Assembly: GCA_963663065.2 (NCBI GenBank)
Contig: OY760098.2
Coordinates: forward strand, 2,504,488 to 2,568,487
DNA: 64,000 nt
Reading direction: 5' to 3'
Source of the DNA: Aggregatilineales bacterium
GTDB taxonomy: Bacteria > Chloroflexota > Anaerolineae > Aggregatilineales > Phototrophicaceae
Part shown: one piece after another, positions 35,137-44,089 of the stretch
Position numbering within the stretch: the stretch's first letter is position 1
Layout: the number at the start of each line of letters is the position of its first letter
The notes under the pieces: model-generated
The model's database searches: none
What the model was told of the DNA's origin: nothing
What the model saw: the letters and a program-made list of their open reading frames with translations, nothing else
Program-made: the position numbers and the translations under genes

Positions 35137-38088
35137 TCAGCCGGCACTATCAAGCAGCAGCCGCCGGAAAAGCGCTTTCTCAACTTCAACAAACAGCAGC
35201 ACGAAGATGCCCGCCGCCACGCTGATGATGATGTGGCTCAGTTCAAGCGCGCGGGTGTCGAAGAAGGTCTGGAAGAAGGGCATGTACACCACGATCAATT
35301 GCAGGACAAAGGTCGATAGCACCGCCCAAAACATCAGCGGATTGCCTTTGAAGCCGGCTCGCCAGAAAGTCGTCTGATCGCCCGCGTGGATGGCCATGAC
35401 CTGGAACATCTGCGTGAATGCCAGAACGGTGAAGGCGATAGTCCGCGGGATGCGCTCCACCTGGCTCAAGAGATGGCGCCCGGCGTTTCTGTGACCATCG
35501 CCATGCCCTTCGAGGAAACTGGCGCCCGCTTCCGCCGAGCCTAGGAAAGCCAGGCGCTCATCGGCTGTCCAGGCATCCCAAGCGGGAGGCGCGGCCTCTT
35601 CGCCAGCCAACTCGACCACAGCCGCGCGATCAAGCCTTTCCAAGCCCAGCGACGGGCTGCTGGCGTCCAGATTGATAGTTGTATAGCCCCAGGCATAACT
35701 GGCGATGGTCAGAATCGCGATGAGAATGCCGACCAGCGCGATATGCAGTCCCGCGCCCTGGGCGAAGATGCTCTCGTTGGTGGGGCGGGGCCGCCGCCGC
35801 ATGACGCCCTCTTCAGCGGGTTCAAAGCCCAGCGCGATAGCCGGCAAGCCATCGGTGACCAGGTTGATCCATAGGATCTGTATCGCCAGCAGCGGTATCG
35901 GCAAGTTGATCAGCAGCGCCACGAACATCACCAGGATTTCGCCGACGTTCGAGCTGAGCATGTATTTGATGAATTTCTTGATATTGTCATAGATAGCGCG
36001 GCCCTCTTCTATCGCCGCGACAATCGAGCGAAAGTTGTCATCCGTCAGGATCATCTCAGCCGCGCCTTTGCTGACGTCCGCGCCGGTGATGCCCATGGCC
36101 ACGCCAATATCGGCTTGCTTCAAGGCGGGCGCGTCGTTCACGCCATCGCCAGTCATCGCCACGATGTTGTCGCGCTTTTGCAGAGCCCGCACCAGCCGCA
36201 GCTTATGCGCGGGCGAGACGCGGGCGAAGCAGGCTGTCCGCTCCAGTGCCTCATCCAGGGCATCGTCCGACAGGTCATCCAGTTGGCTGCCTGTGATAGC
36301 GCTCTGCCCCGTCGCGATGATGCCCAGGTCGCGCGCGATGGCTTCCGCGGTCAAGGCATGATCGCCGGTGATCATGATCGTGCGCACGCCGGCTTCGCGG
36401 GCTCGCTCAACGGCTTCTTTGGCTTCGGGCCGGGCGGGATCCAGTATGCCTATCAAGCCAATCAACTCCAGTTCGCGCTCGATTTCCGCTGTGACCCGCG
36501 CTGGCAAATCATCCAGCGGACGCCAGGCGATGCCCAGCACGCGCAAACCATCATTGGCCATGCTGTCCACGCGCCGCTGCCATTCCACCCGCCGGTCGCC
36601 GTTCATGTCGACGGCTTCCTGAGGACCCCGCTCGCTGCTGGACCAGCCGATCAGCTGGTCGGGCGCGCCCTTGGTGATGACGACATACTTGGCATCGGGA
36701 AAGAGCCGACGGGCTGATTCGCCTTGGAGCTCATGCACAGTGGTCATGGCTTTGCGCTCGCTGCTGAAAGGCAGTTCAGCCACCCGCGGCATATCCAGTT
36801 CCAGCCCTTCACGCGTGAAGCCGGCTTTCTGAGCAGCGACCAGGAGAGCCGCCTCTGTGCTGTCGCCGACGACTTTGATTTGACCGCTGCTGTCAACAGT
36901 CTCCAGGTAGACATCAGTCGAAAGCGCCATTGCTTTTAGCATGCGCTGGGCTGCCAGATCCCGCTTAACGTCAACTTTTTCGTCCAGCGAGAACAAGCCG
37001 CCCGCGGGCCGGTAGCCTGTGCCTTCAATGCGGATCTCATCGCGCTTTGGCAGAACGAGTCTGGTGGCGGTCATCTCATTCTTGGTGAGCGTGCCGGTCT
37101 TGTCCGAGCAAATGACATTCACTGAGCCCAGGGTTTCCACGGCGGGAAGACGGCGAATCAGCACATTGCGCTTGACCATGCGGTTTGCGCCCAGTGACAA
37201 GCCGATGGTGACCAGGGCGGGCAAACCTTCTGGCACGGCAGCCACAGCCAGACTGATAGCGATCAGGAACATCTGCTCGGCTGGTATGCCCTGGATCAGA
37301 AAGCCGACGAAAAAGACGATGGCGACCACAATCAGAGCGGCAGTCGCCAGGATATGCCCAAGCTGATTCAAGCGGCGCTGCAGGGGCGTGCTGCCTTCTT
37401 CGACTTGCAGCAGCATGGTGGCGATATTGCCGATTTCCGTTTGCAAGCCGATCCTGGTCACAAGCATTTCGCCGCGGCCATAATTGACCGTCGTGCCCAT
37501 GTAAGCCATATTGAGGCGGTCGCCCAGCGGCGGCTTGCCAGTTGTCTCGATGACCGCGGTTGTCTTTTCGACTGGCAGGGATTCGCCGGTCAGCGCCGCT
37601 TCTTCGGTCTGCAAGTTGATGGATAGGATCAAACGGCCATCAGCGGGGATGCGGTCGCCTTCGCCAAGCAGGGCGATATCGCCTGGGACGAGGTCTTCCG
37701 CGCTGACTTCATGCACCTGGCCATCGCGGCGGACGCGGGCTCGCGGCACTTGCAGGCGGCTCAGGGCGGCCAAGGCTTGCTCCGCCTGATATTCCTGATA
37801 GATGCCCAGCAAGGCATTCAAGGCGACGATAGCCAAGATCACAACGACATCGGTAGCTTCGCCCAGGAGCGCGGATATGGCGGCTGCGACTATCAGCACG
37901 ATGACCATGACATCGGTGAATTGCCCGAGGATGAGCCGCGCCCAGTTGACGCCCTCGTCTCTTGGCAGGGCGTTCTTGCCATATTGGCTCTGGCGCGAAA
38001 TCGCTTCGGATTGGCTGAGGCCCTGGGCGGGATCGACCTCAAGCCGCGCAACTGCCTCATGAATGTCTTGTCGGAAGAACTCAGCCAT
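35137..38088 (-). CDS. P-type cation-transporting ATPase, P2 (Ca2+-ATPase-like)
   Basis: Motifs DKTGTLT, MITGDHALTA and TGDGVNDAPALKQADIGVAMG. ATG at 38088 follows a GAGGA RBS; the ORF track TTG at 38121 is the alternative start. Confidence 0.9.
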   Translation of the reverse strand: MAEFFRQDIHEAVARLEVDPAQGLSQSEAISRQSQYGKNALPRDEGVNWARLILGQFTDVMVIVLIVAAAISALLGEATDVVVILAIVALNALLGIYQEYQAEQALAALSRLQVPRARVRRDGQVHEVSAEDLVPGDIALLGEGDRIPADGRLILSINLQTEEAALTGESLPVEKTTAVIETTGKPPLGDRLNMAYMGTTVNYGRGEMLVTRIGLQTEIGNIATMLLQVEEGSTPLQRRLNQLGHILATAALIVVAIVFFVGFLIQGIPAEQMFLIAISLAVAAVPEGLPALVTIGLSLGANRMVKRNVLIRRLPAVETLGSVNVICSDKTGTLTKNEMTATRLVLPKRDEIRIEGTGYRPAGGLFSLDEKVDVKRDLAAQRMLKAMALSTDVYLETVDSSGQIKVVGDSTEAALLVAAQKAGFTREGLELDMPRVAELPFSSERKAMTTVHELQGESARRLFPDAKYVVITKGAPDQLIGWSSSERGPQEAVDMNGDRRVEWQRRVDSMANDGLRVLGIAWRPLDDLPARVTAEIERELELIGLIGILDPARPEAKEAVERAREAGVRTIMITGDHALTAEAIARDLGIIATGQSAITGSQLDDLSDDALDEALERTACFARVSPAHKLRLVRALQKRDNIVAMTGDGVNDAPALKQADIGVAMGITGADVSKGAAEMILTDDNFRSIVAAIEEGRAIYDNIKKFIKYMLSSNVGEILVMFVALLINLPIPLLAIQILWINLVTDGLPAIALGFEPAEEGVMRRRPRPTNESIFAQGAGLHIALVGILIAILTIASYAWGYTTINLDASSPSLGLERLDRAAVVELAGEEAAPPAWDAWTADERLAFLGSAEAGASFLEGHGDGHRNAGRHLLSQVERIPRTIAFTVLAFTQMFQVMAIHAGDQTTFWRAGFKGNPLMFWAVLSTFVLQLIVVYMPFFQTFFDTRALELSHIIISVAAGIFVLLFVEVEKALFRRLLLDSAG

Positions 38089-38281
38089 CCCGGGATCCTC
38101 GCAAGACTCCGCCGACTGCAAGGGAAAATCACATGAGCCCGGCGGATCGCCAGCGCAGATTCTATCGCAAACTGATTGCCGCTACAGTAATCCCGTTGGC
38201 TTGGGGAATCGCCCGCTTTCCTGGCGCGCCGCGGATGGCCTGCGCTGCCCGCCTGAAGAAGATACGCGTCGGTCTTTGCCA

Positions 38282-38310
38282 TTGTAAAGCGGATTGTTTC
38301 TGTCTAGTAT
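38282..38310 (+). promoter_or_regulatory. Candidate promoter for ltaE
   Basis: TTGTAA, 17-nt spacer, TAGTAT, about 33 nt upstream of the ATG at 38344. Confidence 0.3.
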
Positions 38311-38343
38311 CGCATCGCATCGGCAGGTTTGGCGGAAAAACGC

Positions 38344-39384
38344 ATGAAAACAATTGACCTGAGAAGCGACACGGTTAGCCATCCGACTGCGGAAATGCGC
38401 GCAGCCATGGCGGATGCTGAAGTCGGCGATGATGTCTACCACGATGACCCGACCGTAAACCGGCTAGAAGCGGACGCGGCTGCCATCCTGGGCAAAGAGG
38501 CGGCGGTCTTGGTCACCAGCGGCACTCAGGGCAACCTCTGCGCCCTGCTTGCCCATTGCCAGCGCGGAGACTCGATCATTCTCGGCGACACTTCGCATAT
38601 CTTCCGCTATGAGCAGGGCGGGGCGGCGCAATTCGGCGGCATCCTCCCGCATACCGTGCCCGTGCAAGCCGACGGGACCCTGCGCATGAGCGACCTGAAG
38701 GCCGCCATCAACCCGGATGACGAGCACAAACCGGCGACTCGCCTGGTGGCCTTGGAGAATACCCACAATATGGCGGGCGGCGTCGCCATTTCGGGCGCTT
38801 ATACCGATGCGGTCAGCGACTTCGCGCATAGCCATGGCTTGCTGCTGCATATTGATGGCGCGCGCATTTTTAACGCCGCGGCCGCTTTGAATGTGGATGT
38901 CCGAGACCTGGTGAATGGGGCGGATTCCGTGACTTTCTGCCTATCCAAGGGGCTCTGCGCGCCGGCTGGTTCTGTCTTGGCGGGGGGCGAGGATTTCATC
39001 CGCCGGGCAAGGCGCGCTCGCAAGGCTCTGGGGGGCGGCATGCGCCAGGCTGGCATTTTGGCTGCCGCCGGCTTGATCGCGCTGCACACAATGCGCCACC
39101 GCCTGAGCGACGACCATCACAACGCGCAGCTGCTCGCCGAAGGCTTGAGCGAGGTTCCCAGCCTGAAAATCATAAGCCAGCATACCAACTTCATATTCTT
39201 CGCGCTGGCTGAAAACGCTGGCATCAGCCTGGACGAGTTTGTCCATGCCCTGCGCCAGGATTACAATGTTCTCATGTCGCCTTACAGCGGGGATCAGGGT
39301 TTGGTTCGCCTGCGGACGCACTACTGGATCGATGAAAACGCGATTGACAAGGTCATTTCGGCGGTGAGCGCAATCCTGTCATGA
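38344..39384 (+). CDS. ltaE: Low-specificity L-threonine aldolase
   Basis: MKTIDLRSDTVSHPTAEMRAAMADAEVGDDVYHDDPTVNRLE is a typical beta-eliminating lyase / threonine aldolase N-terminus. LSKGLCAP gives the PLP-lysine context. Confidence 0.88.
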   Translation: MKTIDLRSDTVSHPTAEMRAAMADAEVGDDVYHDDPTVNRLEADAAAILGKEAAVLVTSGTQGNLCALLAHCQRGDSIILGDTSHIFRYEQGGAAQFGGILPHTVPVQADGTLRMSDLKAAINPDDEHKPATRLVALENTHNMAGGVAISGAYTDAVSDFAHSHGLLLHIDGARIFNAAAALNVDVRDLVNGADSVTFCLSKGLCAPAGSVLAGGEDFIRRARRARKALGGGMRQAGILAAAGLIALHTMRHRLSDDHHNAQLLAEGLSEVPSLKIISQHTNFIFFALAENAGISLDEFVHALRQDYNVLMSPYSGDQGLVRLRTHYWIDENAIDKVISAVSAILS

Positions 39385-40124
39385 TGCCCAAAGCGCCCTT
39401 CGAGCCTCTTAATGAATCGGACGAACCGCCGCCGCAAGAAACGGAAAGCTCTCCCTCGTCAGGCGATCCGGAACCATCCGCGGAAGCTCCCCCCAGCGCC
39501 CGCAGCTCACCCAGCCGCGGCGCAAGCGACCCGCTCTTCGGTTTTGTCATCGCCGCCGCGCTAAGCATTGGCTTGACGCCGCTTCTGCCTGATAGCGTCG
39601 AGCTGCGTTATACGCTGGCTTGGGGCGCGCTAACTGGCGTCAGCGTACTGTCCTGGCTGCTGGGCAATATGGAGCGCATCGGGCAAGAGCAGCCGGAAAA
39701 TCTCGGTTGGGGCATCCTCTACGCGGTGATGCTGGGCATTCCTTTTCTGGTATTCCTGAGCCAGCAGATCCTAGAGCCAGCCAGCGATCGGCTCTTCCCG
39801 GGCATGACCGCGGGCAGCCTGCTGGCATTTCTTGTCTTTGTCATGCCCATCGCCGAGACGCTCTTCTTCCGCGGCTTGCTGCAGAGCCAGTTGGTTTTCT
39901 GGCTGGTGGGCTTGCTGGCCACGTTTTGGAATATCGTGCTCTTCTTCCCGGTCATGTGGCAGGCGGTGACAGATTATCCGGCTGTGACCGTGGTCATTGT
40001 GATTTTGCTCTTGACGATGAATCTGCTCTACGTCTATGTGCGCCGGCGCAACGGATTGGCAGCCAGCTGGATCTGCCAAATCGTCGCCAATCTGGTTATT
40101 CTTTACATCCCCTTCATTCAGTAA
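39381..40124 (+). CDS. CPBP family intramembrane glutamic endopeptidase
   Basis: The start overlaps the ltaE stop (ATGA). An acidic Ser/Pro-rich N-terminus is followed by TM helices carrying AETLFFRGLLQ. Confidence 0.75.
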   Translation: MMPKAPFEPLNESDEPPPQETESSPSSGDPEPSAEAPPSARSSPSRGASDPLFGFVIAAALSIGLTPLLPDSVELRYTLAWGALTGVSVLSWLLGNMERIGQEQPENLGWGILYAVMLGIPFLVFLSQQILEPASDRLFPGMTAGSLLAFLVFVMPIAETLFFRGLLQSQLVFWLVGLLATFWNIVLFFPVMWQAVTDYPAVTVVIVILLLTMNLLYVYVRRRNGLAASWICQIVANLVILYIPFIQ

Positions 40125-40197
40125 GCGAAGAGCGCAAAGCGAGAAGCATCCGCTACAGTTCAGCAGCGATACATTAGCCTATCCGCGCAGGTCGACT

Positions 40198-40911
40198 TTA
40201 TTCCGCCAGGTGTTCCAGGGGATCGGGCTTGGGCATGGGCTTGACGAAGCCGGCCGCGAATATGGCCAAGACGCCAGCCAGGAAACCGCCGATATGCGCC
40301 CAATGCGCCACGTCGGTCTCGACGCCAATCCAGCCCACATGCTGCAAGACATCCACCAGCAGCCAATAACCCAGGAAGACAACCGCCGGCAGCTTGATCG
40401 TCCAGACGAAGGGGCGGAAGAAGCCCAGCATCGTCCGCACTTTGGCATTCGGCTTCAACACCAGGAATCCGCCCATAATGCCAGCGATAGCTCCACTGGC
40501 GCCGATGATCAGCCCGGTGTCGCTGACTGTGCAGACCGTCTCGCTCAGCAGCACATGCGCCAGGGTGGCCGCCGCGCCAAAGCCGAGGAAAGCCAGGACG
40601 AATTTGAGGCTGCCCAGATAACGCTCTACCAAGCCGCCGAAGATAAAGAGAAACCACATATTTCCCAGCACATGCGCCGCGCTGGCATGCAGGAAAAGGC
40701 TGCGGAAGCTATCCAAACCGCTGCTGGCCAGGGACTGCTCGCCAATCTTGCAGACTTCCAAGCCATAATCCAGCAGCGCCGCTTTGAGGAAGCCATCGCC
40801 CCGGGCATTAACCGAAAGCTCCCATAGAAAGACCAGCAAGTTGATGGCGATGATGAGGATAGTCGCTTTGGGGATGGATTTCTCGCGTCCGACAACGCTT
40901 ATGGGAAACAT
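40198..40911 (-). CDS. Rhomboid family intramembrane serine protease
   Basis: 237 aa. GASGAIAGIMGGF (catalytic Ser) and AHIGGFLAG (catalytic His). Confidence 0.85.
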   Translation of the reverse strand: MFPISVVGREKSIPKATILIIAINLLVFLWELSVNARGDGFLKAALLDYGLEVCKIGEQSLASSGLDSFRSLFLHASAAHVLGNMWFLFIFGGLVERYLGSLKFVLAFLGFGAAATLAHVLLSETVCTVSDTGLIIGASGAIAGIMGGFLVLKPNAKVRTMLGFFRPFVWTIKLPAVVFLGYWLLVDVLQHVGWIGVETDVAHWAHIGGFLAGVLAIFAAGFVKPMPKPDPLEHLAE

Positions 40912-40987
40912 GACGGTTGCCTCGTATGCCTTGTCGCTTACTACGATAGCACAGGGCTGCGGTTGCGCGCAAGTTTTCTGGCTCCGC

Positions 40988-41677
40988 CTACAAACGGGGA
41001 ATGCGCGGCGGCGGTATGAAGAAGGACAGCAAGAAGATCAGCCCCAAGCCGCTAATGAAGCCGCCGACATGGCCCCAATGCACGTTAATCCGCGGAGCGA
41101 CCGAGCCCACCTGGTAGAAGAATTGCAGGAAGAACCAATACACCAGGTAGACCCAGGCGGGCACGTTGACGTCATACTTGAAGACATTAAGGATGACGAT
41201 CTTGGACTTGATGCGGTCGGCGGGGAAGAGGAACAGGAAAGCGCCGATGATGCCAGATATCGCGCCGCTGGAGCCGACCATGTACAGCGGTTCCGCGCAG
41301 CTGCCGCTATCGAAGAGCAGATGCCCGGCATGGCCCCCGAAGCCGACCAGCAAATAGAATGCCAGAAAGCGCAAACGTCCCAGATGCTCCTCGATCCGCG
41401 AGCCGAAGACATAAAAGATGATGATATTCGAGGTCAGATGCACAAAGCTCATGTGCAGGAAGATGCTGCGCGCGCCATCAAGCAGGGTCTCCCCCAACGG
41501 CTGCGCTCGGACGGCGCAAATATCAAGCGCGTAGCTGCGGTAGACCTCTTCCAGCGGCAAGCCGCCCAGGAAGGCGAAAGACATTACGAAGGCGAAGAAA
41601 AGCACATTGGCGACCGTGATAAAGAAGGCCACATAGGGTCTATAATCTGAGGCGCCGACGATTTTGTAGGGGATCAT
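40988..41677 (-). CDS. Rhomboid family intramembrane serine protease (paralog)
   Basis: 229 aa. GSSGAISGIIGAF and GHVGGFISG. Confidence 0.85.
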   Translation of the reverse strand: MIPYKIVGASDYRPYVAFFITVANVLFFAFVMSFAFLGGLPLEEVYRSYALDICAVRAQPLGETLLDGARSIFLHMSFVHLTSNIIIFYVFGSRIEEHLGRLRFLAFYLLVGFGGHAGHLLFDSGSCAEPLYMVGSSGAISGIIGAFLFLFPADRIKSKIVILNVFKYDVNVPAWVYLVYWFFLQFFYQVGSVAPRINVHWGHVGGFISGLGLIFLLSFFIPPPRIPRL

Positions 41678-41791
41678 TTGCCCAGCCCAAGCAATTACGC
41701 GCCTTCAGATTAGCGCATGTGACGCGGCTATGGCAACATAGGGCGAATCAAACCGGTGGCGGATAAAGACGAGCCGGAAACCCGCCGGAGC

Positions 41792-42928
41792 TTATCGCTC
41801 GTCCAAGGGCGCAAACTTGAGGTCCAGCGGTCCGACGTAGTTGGCTTTGGGGCGGATCAGACGCCCGCCCATCTGCGCGATGACATGGGCTGACCAGCCG
41901 GATATCCGCGCCATGGCGAAAAGCGGCGTGAACATATCGATGTCCAAGCCCAGCGTGTAGAGCAAAATGGCGCTGTAATAATCCACATTAGGGTAGAGTT
42001 TGCGCTGCACAAAATACTCGTCCGCCCGGGCGGTCTCGGCCAGCTTGACTGCGATATCCAGCCACTTGGATTGGCCCGAACTGGCTGCCAGAGCCTCGGC
42101 ATGCCGCCGCAGGATAGCCGCGCGCGGATCATTGGATTTGTAGACGCGATGGCCGATGCCCATGATGCGCCGCTTGCCCGATTTTATGTTCTGCTGGAAC
42201 CAGCTTTCGACAGTGTCGACATCGCCGATCTCGATGAACATTTTCATGGCTTCGGAATTGGCGCCGCCATGCGCGGGTCCCTTCAATGCGCCGATGCCCG
42301 CAGTTATCGCGCTGTGCATGTCGGAGCCGGTGGCGGTGACTACGCGGGCCGCGAATGTGCTGGCGTTCATGCCATGTTCGGCAAGCAGAACCAGGTAGAC
42401 GTTCAGGGCGGCGCAGGCGGTGGCGTCCGGCTCATCGCCAGTCATCATATAGATGAAATTCTCCGCCACGCTGAGATCTTCGCGGGGGGCGATCGGCTCC
42501 TGGATTTTGGCGATGCGCATCCAGGCAGCGCAAATCGCAGTCAGCTGGCCCGTCAGTCTGAAGGCTTTGGCTTTGGCCACTTCTTTGTCCGACAAGTTTT
42601 CGGCGTCGGCGTCAAAGGCGGAGAGCATGGACGTTGCGGTGCGCAGGACAGCCATGGCTGGCGTATCCGCGGGCAGGGATTTCATCATGTCGATAACGGG
42701 GCCGGGCAAGGCAGCTCCGCCGGCGACAATGGCGCGCAGCTCTTCGTATTCGGCGCGATTGGGCAGGCGCGTATTAAAGAGCAGAAAGAGGATCTCTTCG
42801 AAGGAGGTCGTTTCCGCCAAATCTTCTATGGGGTAACCCGCGTAGACCAGCTTGCCGATGCCGCCATCAATATAGCTGGTAGTGATATCCGCGACGACCG
42901 CGCCTTCAAGCCCGCCATTGTTAGCCAT
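41792..42928 (-). CDS. gltA: Citrate synthase (or 2-methylcitrate synthase)
   Basis: ATG at 42928 follows a GAGGGGG RBS. Motifs GLEGAVVADT.., HGGAN and GHRVYKSNDPRA are present. Confidence 0.88.
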   Translation of the reverse strand: MANNGGLEGAVVADITTSYIDGGIGKLVYAGYPIEDLAETTSFEEILFLLFNTRLPNRAEYEELRAIVAGGAALPGPVIDMMKSLPADTPAMAVLRTATSMLSAFDADAENLSDKEVAKAKAFRLTGQLTAICAAWMRIAKIQEPIAPREDLSVAENFIYMMTGDEPDATACAALNVYLVLLAEHGMNASTFAARVVTATGSDMHSAITAGIGALKGPAHGGANSEAMKMFIEIGDVDTVESWFQQNIKSGKRRIMGIGHRVYKSNDPRAAILRRHAEALAASSGQSKWLDIAVKLAETARADEYFVQRKLYPNVDYYSAILLYTLGLDIDMFTPLFAMARISGWSAHVIAQMGGRLIRPKANYVGPLDLKFAPLDER

Positions 42929-43089
42929 ATCCGCTTGCCCCCTCGTGATGCCAGCGCTTAGCAATGCGCCAACTCTGCCCACAAAACAACGCGCGCTAGT
43001 ATAGCACTGGGCTGGGCGGGCTTCAAGCTGGATATGTCTGGCATGAGAGCGCGCTTGCCTGCCGCAGAATCTCAGCGAGAAACTTGCGC

Positions 43090-43118
43090 TTGCCAGAATG
43101 GCGACTTTGTGCTACCCT
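43090..43118 (+). promoter_or_regulatory. Sigma70-like promoter of the leader ORF / sulfur-carrier operon
   Basis: TTGCCA (43090-43095), 17-nt spacer, TACCCT (43113-43118). An ATG starts 8 nt after the -10, at 43126. Confidence 0.45.
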
Positions 43119-43125
43119 GTTGCGC

Positions 43126-43221
43126 ATGAATGCTGCCAAACCAAGCTATCGTTTGATGCGGGAAATCTGTTGTTGTCCGGAGGGCGCAAAATACTGCCGC
43201 CGCGGGATTTCGGCTGTCTGA
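43126..43221 (+). CDS. Candidate polycysteine leader peptide (31 aa)
   Basis: Translates as MNAAKPSYRLMREICCCPEGAKYCRRGISAV*. TGT TGT TGT lies at 43168-43176 and TGC at 43195-43197. It sits between the promoter and a terminator hairpin, upstream of a CysO-type operon. Confidence 0.45.
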   Translation: MNAAKPSYRLMREICCCPEGAKYCRRGISAV

Positions 43222-43256
43222 ATCGATTGCATGATTGCATAGAGGAATGAGACGCG

Positions 43257-43281
43257 AGCCAGCCCAAGCGGTTGGCTTTTT
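43257..43281 (+). terminator. Intrinsic terminator-like hairpin in the 5' leader (attenuator candidate)
   Basis: Stem AGCCAGCC / GGTTGGCT (8 bp, one G-T), loop CAAGC, followed by a T5 run. It ends 27 nt before the JAMM gene ATG. No plus-strand gene ends upstream of it. Confidence 0.5.
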
Positions 43282-43308
43282 CATTGAGGCAGGGCGCGAG
43301 GGAATGTT

Positions 43309-43785
43309 ATGAGCAGAATCTATATGAGCGAGGCTCAACAAACGATAATGTTCGAGCAATTGGAAGCCGCCTATCCAAACGAGGGCGCGGGTTTCCTGCT
43401 GGGCCATCTGGTCGAAGGGTATATCGCCGCAACCGACGTCGTTATCGATGAGGTAATCCCTGTCGAGAATACTGCCGAAGAACAGCATAACCGCTTCGTG
43501 GTCACCCCACAGGATTGGGCGCGTTTGGAAGATCTGGCGGACGAGCGCGGTTTGCGGCTGATCGGCTGCTATCATAGCCATCCTGATTCACCTGCTGTGC
43601 CCTCTGATTTTGATCGCGAGCATTCGCTGCCAAACTTTCTCTATGTGATCGTGTCGGTGGAGGCGGGCAAAGCGGGCGAGATGGAAGCATACGAACTGAC
43701 GCGCGAAAGAGTGATGCGCCACGCCTTGAGGGCTTTTGATGAAAGCATGTGGCAAATGATTATGAATATGCCAGCAGTGAAATAG
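43309..43785 (+). CDS. JAMM/MPN+ metalloprotease (Mec/QbsD/HcyD-like)
   Basis: 158 aa. NEGAGFLLG (Glu) and HSHPDSPAVPSDFD (the HxHx7Sx2D JAMM motif). A GAGGGAA RBS lies upstream. Confidence 0.85.
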   Translation: MSRIYMSEAQQTIMFEQLEAAYPNEGAGFLLGHLVEGYIAATDVVIDEVIPVENTAEEQHNRFVVTPQDWARLEDLADERGLRLIGCYHSHPDSPAVPSDFDREHSLPNFLYVIVSVEAGKAGEMEAYELTRERVMRHALRAFDESMWQMIMNMPAVK

Positions 43786-43803
43786 ATACCGGGAGAGAGA
43801 AAT

Positions 43804-44076
43804 ATGGCAAGCATCCGCATACCCACGCCTTTGCGGGCTTTCACCGATGGCGAGGCGAATATCGCTGTCGATGGCGCAACCGTTGGCGACGCGCTGAACA
43901 ATCTGGTCGAGCGGCATCCTGAATTGCGCGACCACCTCTTCAACGCCGACGAATTGCGCAGCTTCGTCAATATCTTCATCGGCGACGAAGATATCCGTTT
44001 CTTGCAGGGTTTGGAAACCGAGATTGCGGGCGAGGACAGCTTGCGCATCATCCCCAGCATCGCCGGCGGAAAATAA
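43804..44076 (+). CDS. MoaD/ThiS-family sulfur carrier, CysO-like, C-terminus ...AGGK
   Basis: 90 aa. SFVNIFIGDEDIRFLQGLETEIAGEDSLRIIPSIAGGK closely resembles the CysO C-terminal region as I recall it. One Lys follows the Gly-Gly. Confidence 0.85.
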   Translation: MASIRIPTPLRAFTDGEANIAVDGATVGDALNNLVERHPELRDHLFNADELRSFVNIFIGDEDIRFLQGLETEIAGEDSLRIIPSIAGGK

Positions 44077-44089
44077 GGGAGCGACGCCA

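Noticed and set aside
38133-38357. 74-aa ORF with a Cys-rich patch (GLCHCKADCFCLV) upstream of and overlapping the ltaE start, considered as a second Cys leader.
   Set aside because: The Cys codons coincide with the AT-rich candidate promoter (TTGTAA, 17-nt spacer, TAGTAT) for ltaE. The ORF overlaps the ltaE start and part of it lies in REP-like sequence. No terminator follows it, and the downstream gene has no link to cysteine.
43126-43308. A known riboswitch (SAM-I, SAM-II, SAM-IV, T-box, TPP or Moco) in the leader of the sulfur-carrier operon.
   Set aside because: By eye I found none of the conserved cores, such as a T-box GGTGGTACCGCG-like sequence, the SAM-I GCAACC / AGAGGGA elements, or the TPP CTGAGA motif. 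The Cys-codon sORF explains the leader better. cmscan is still needed for a formal exclusion.
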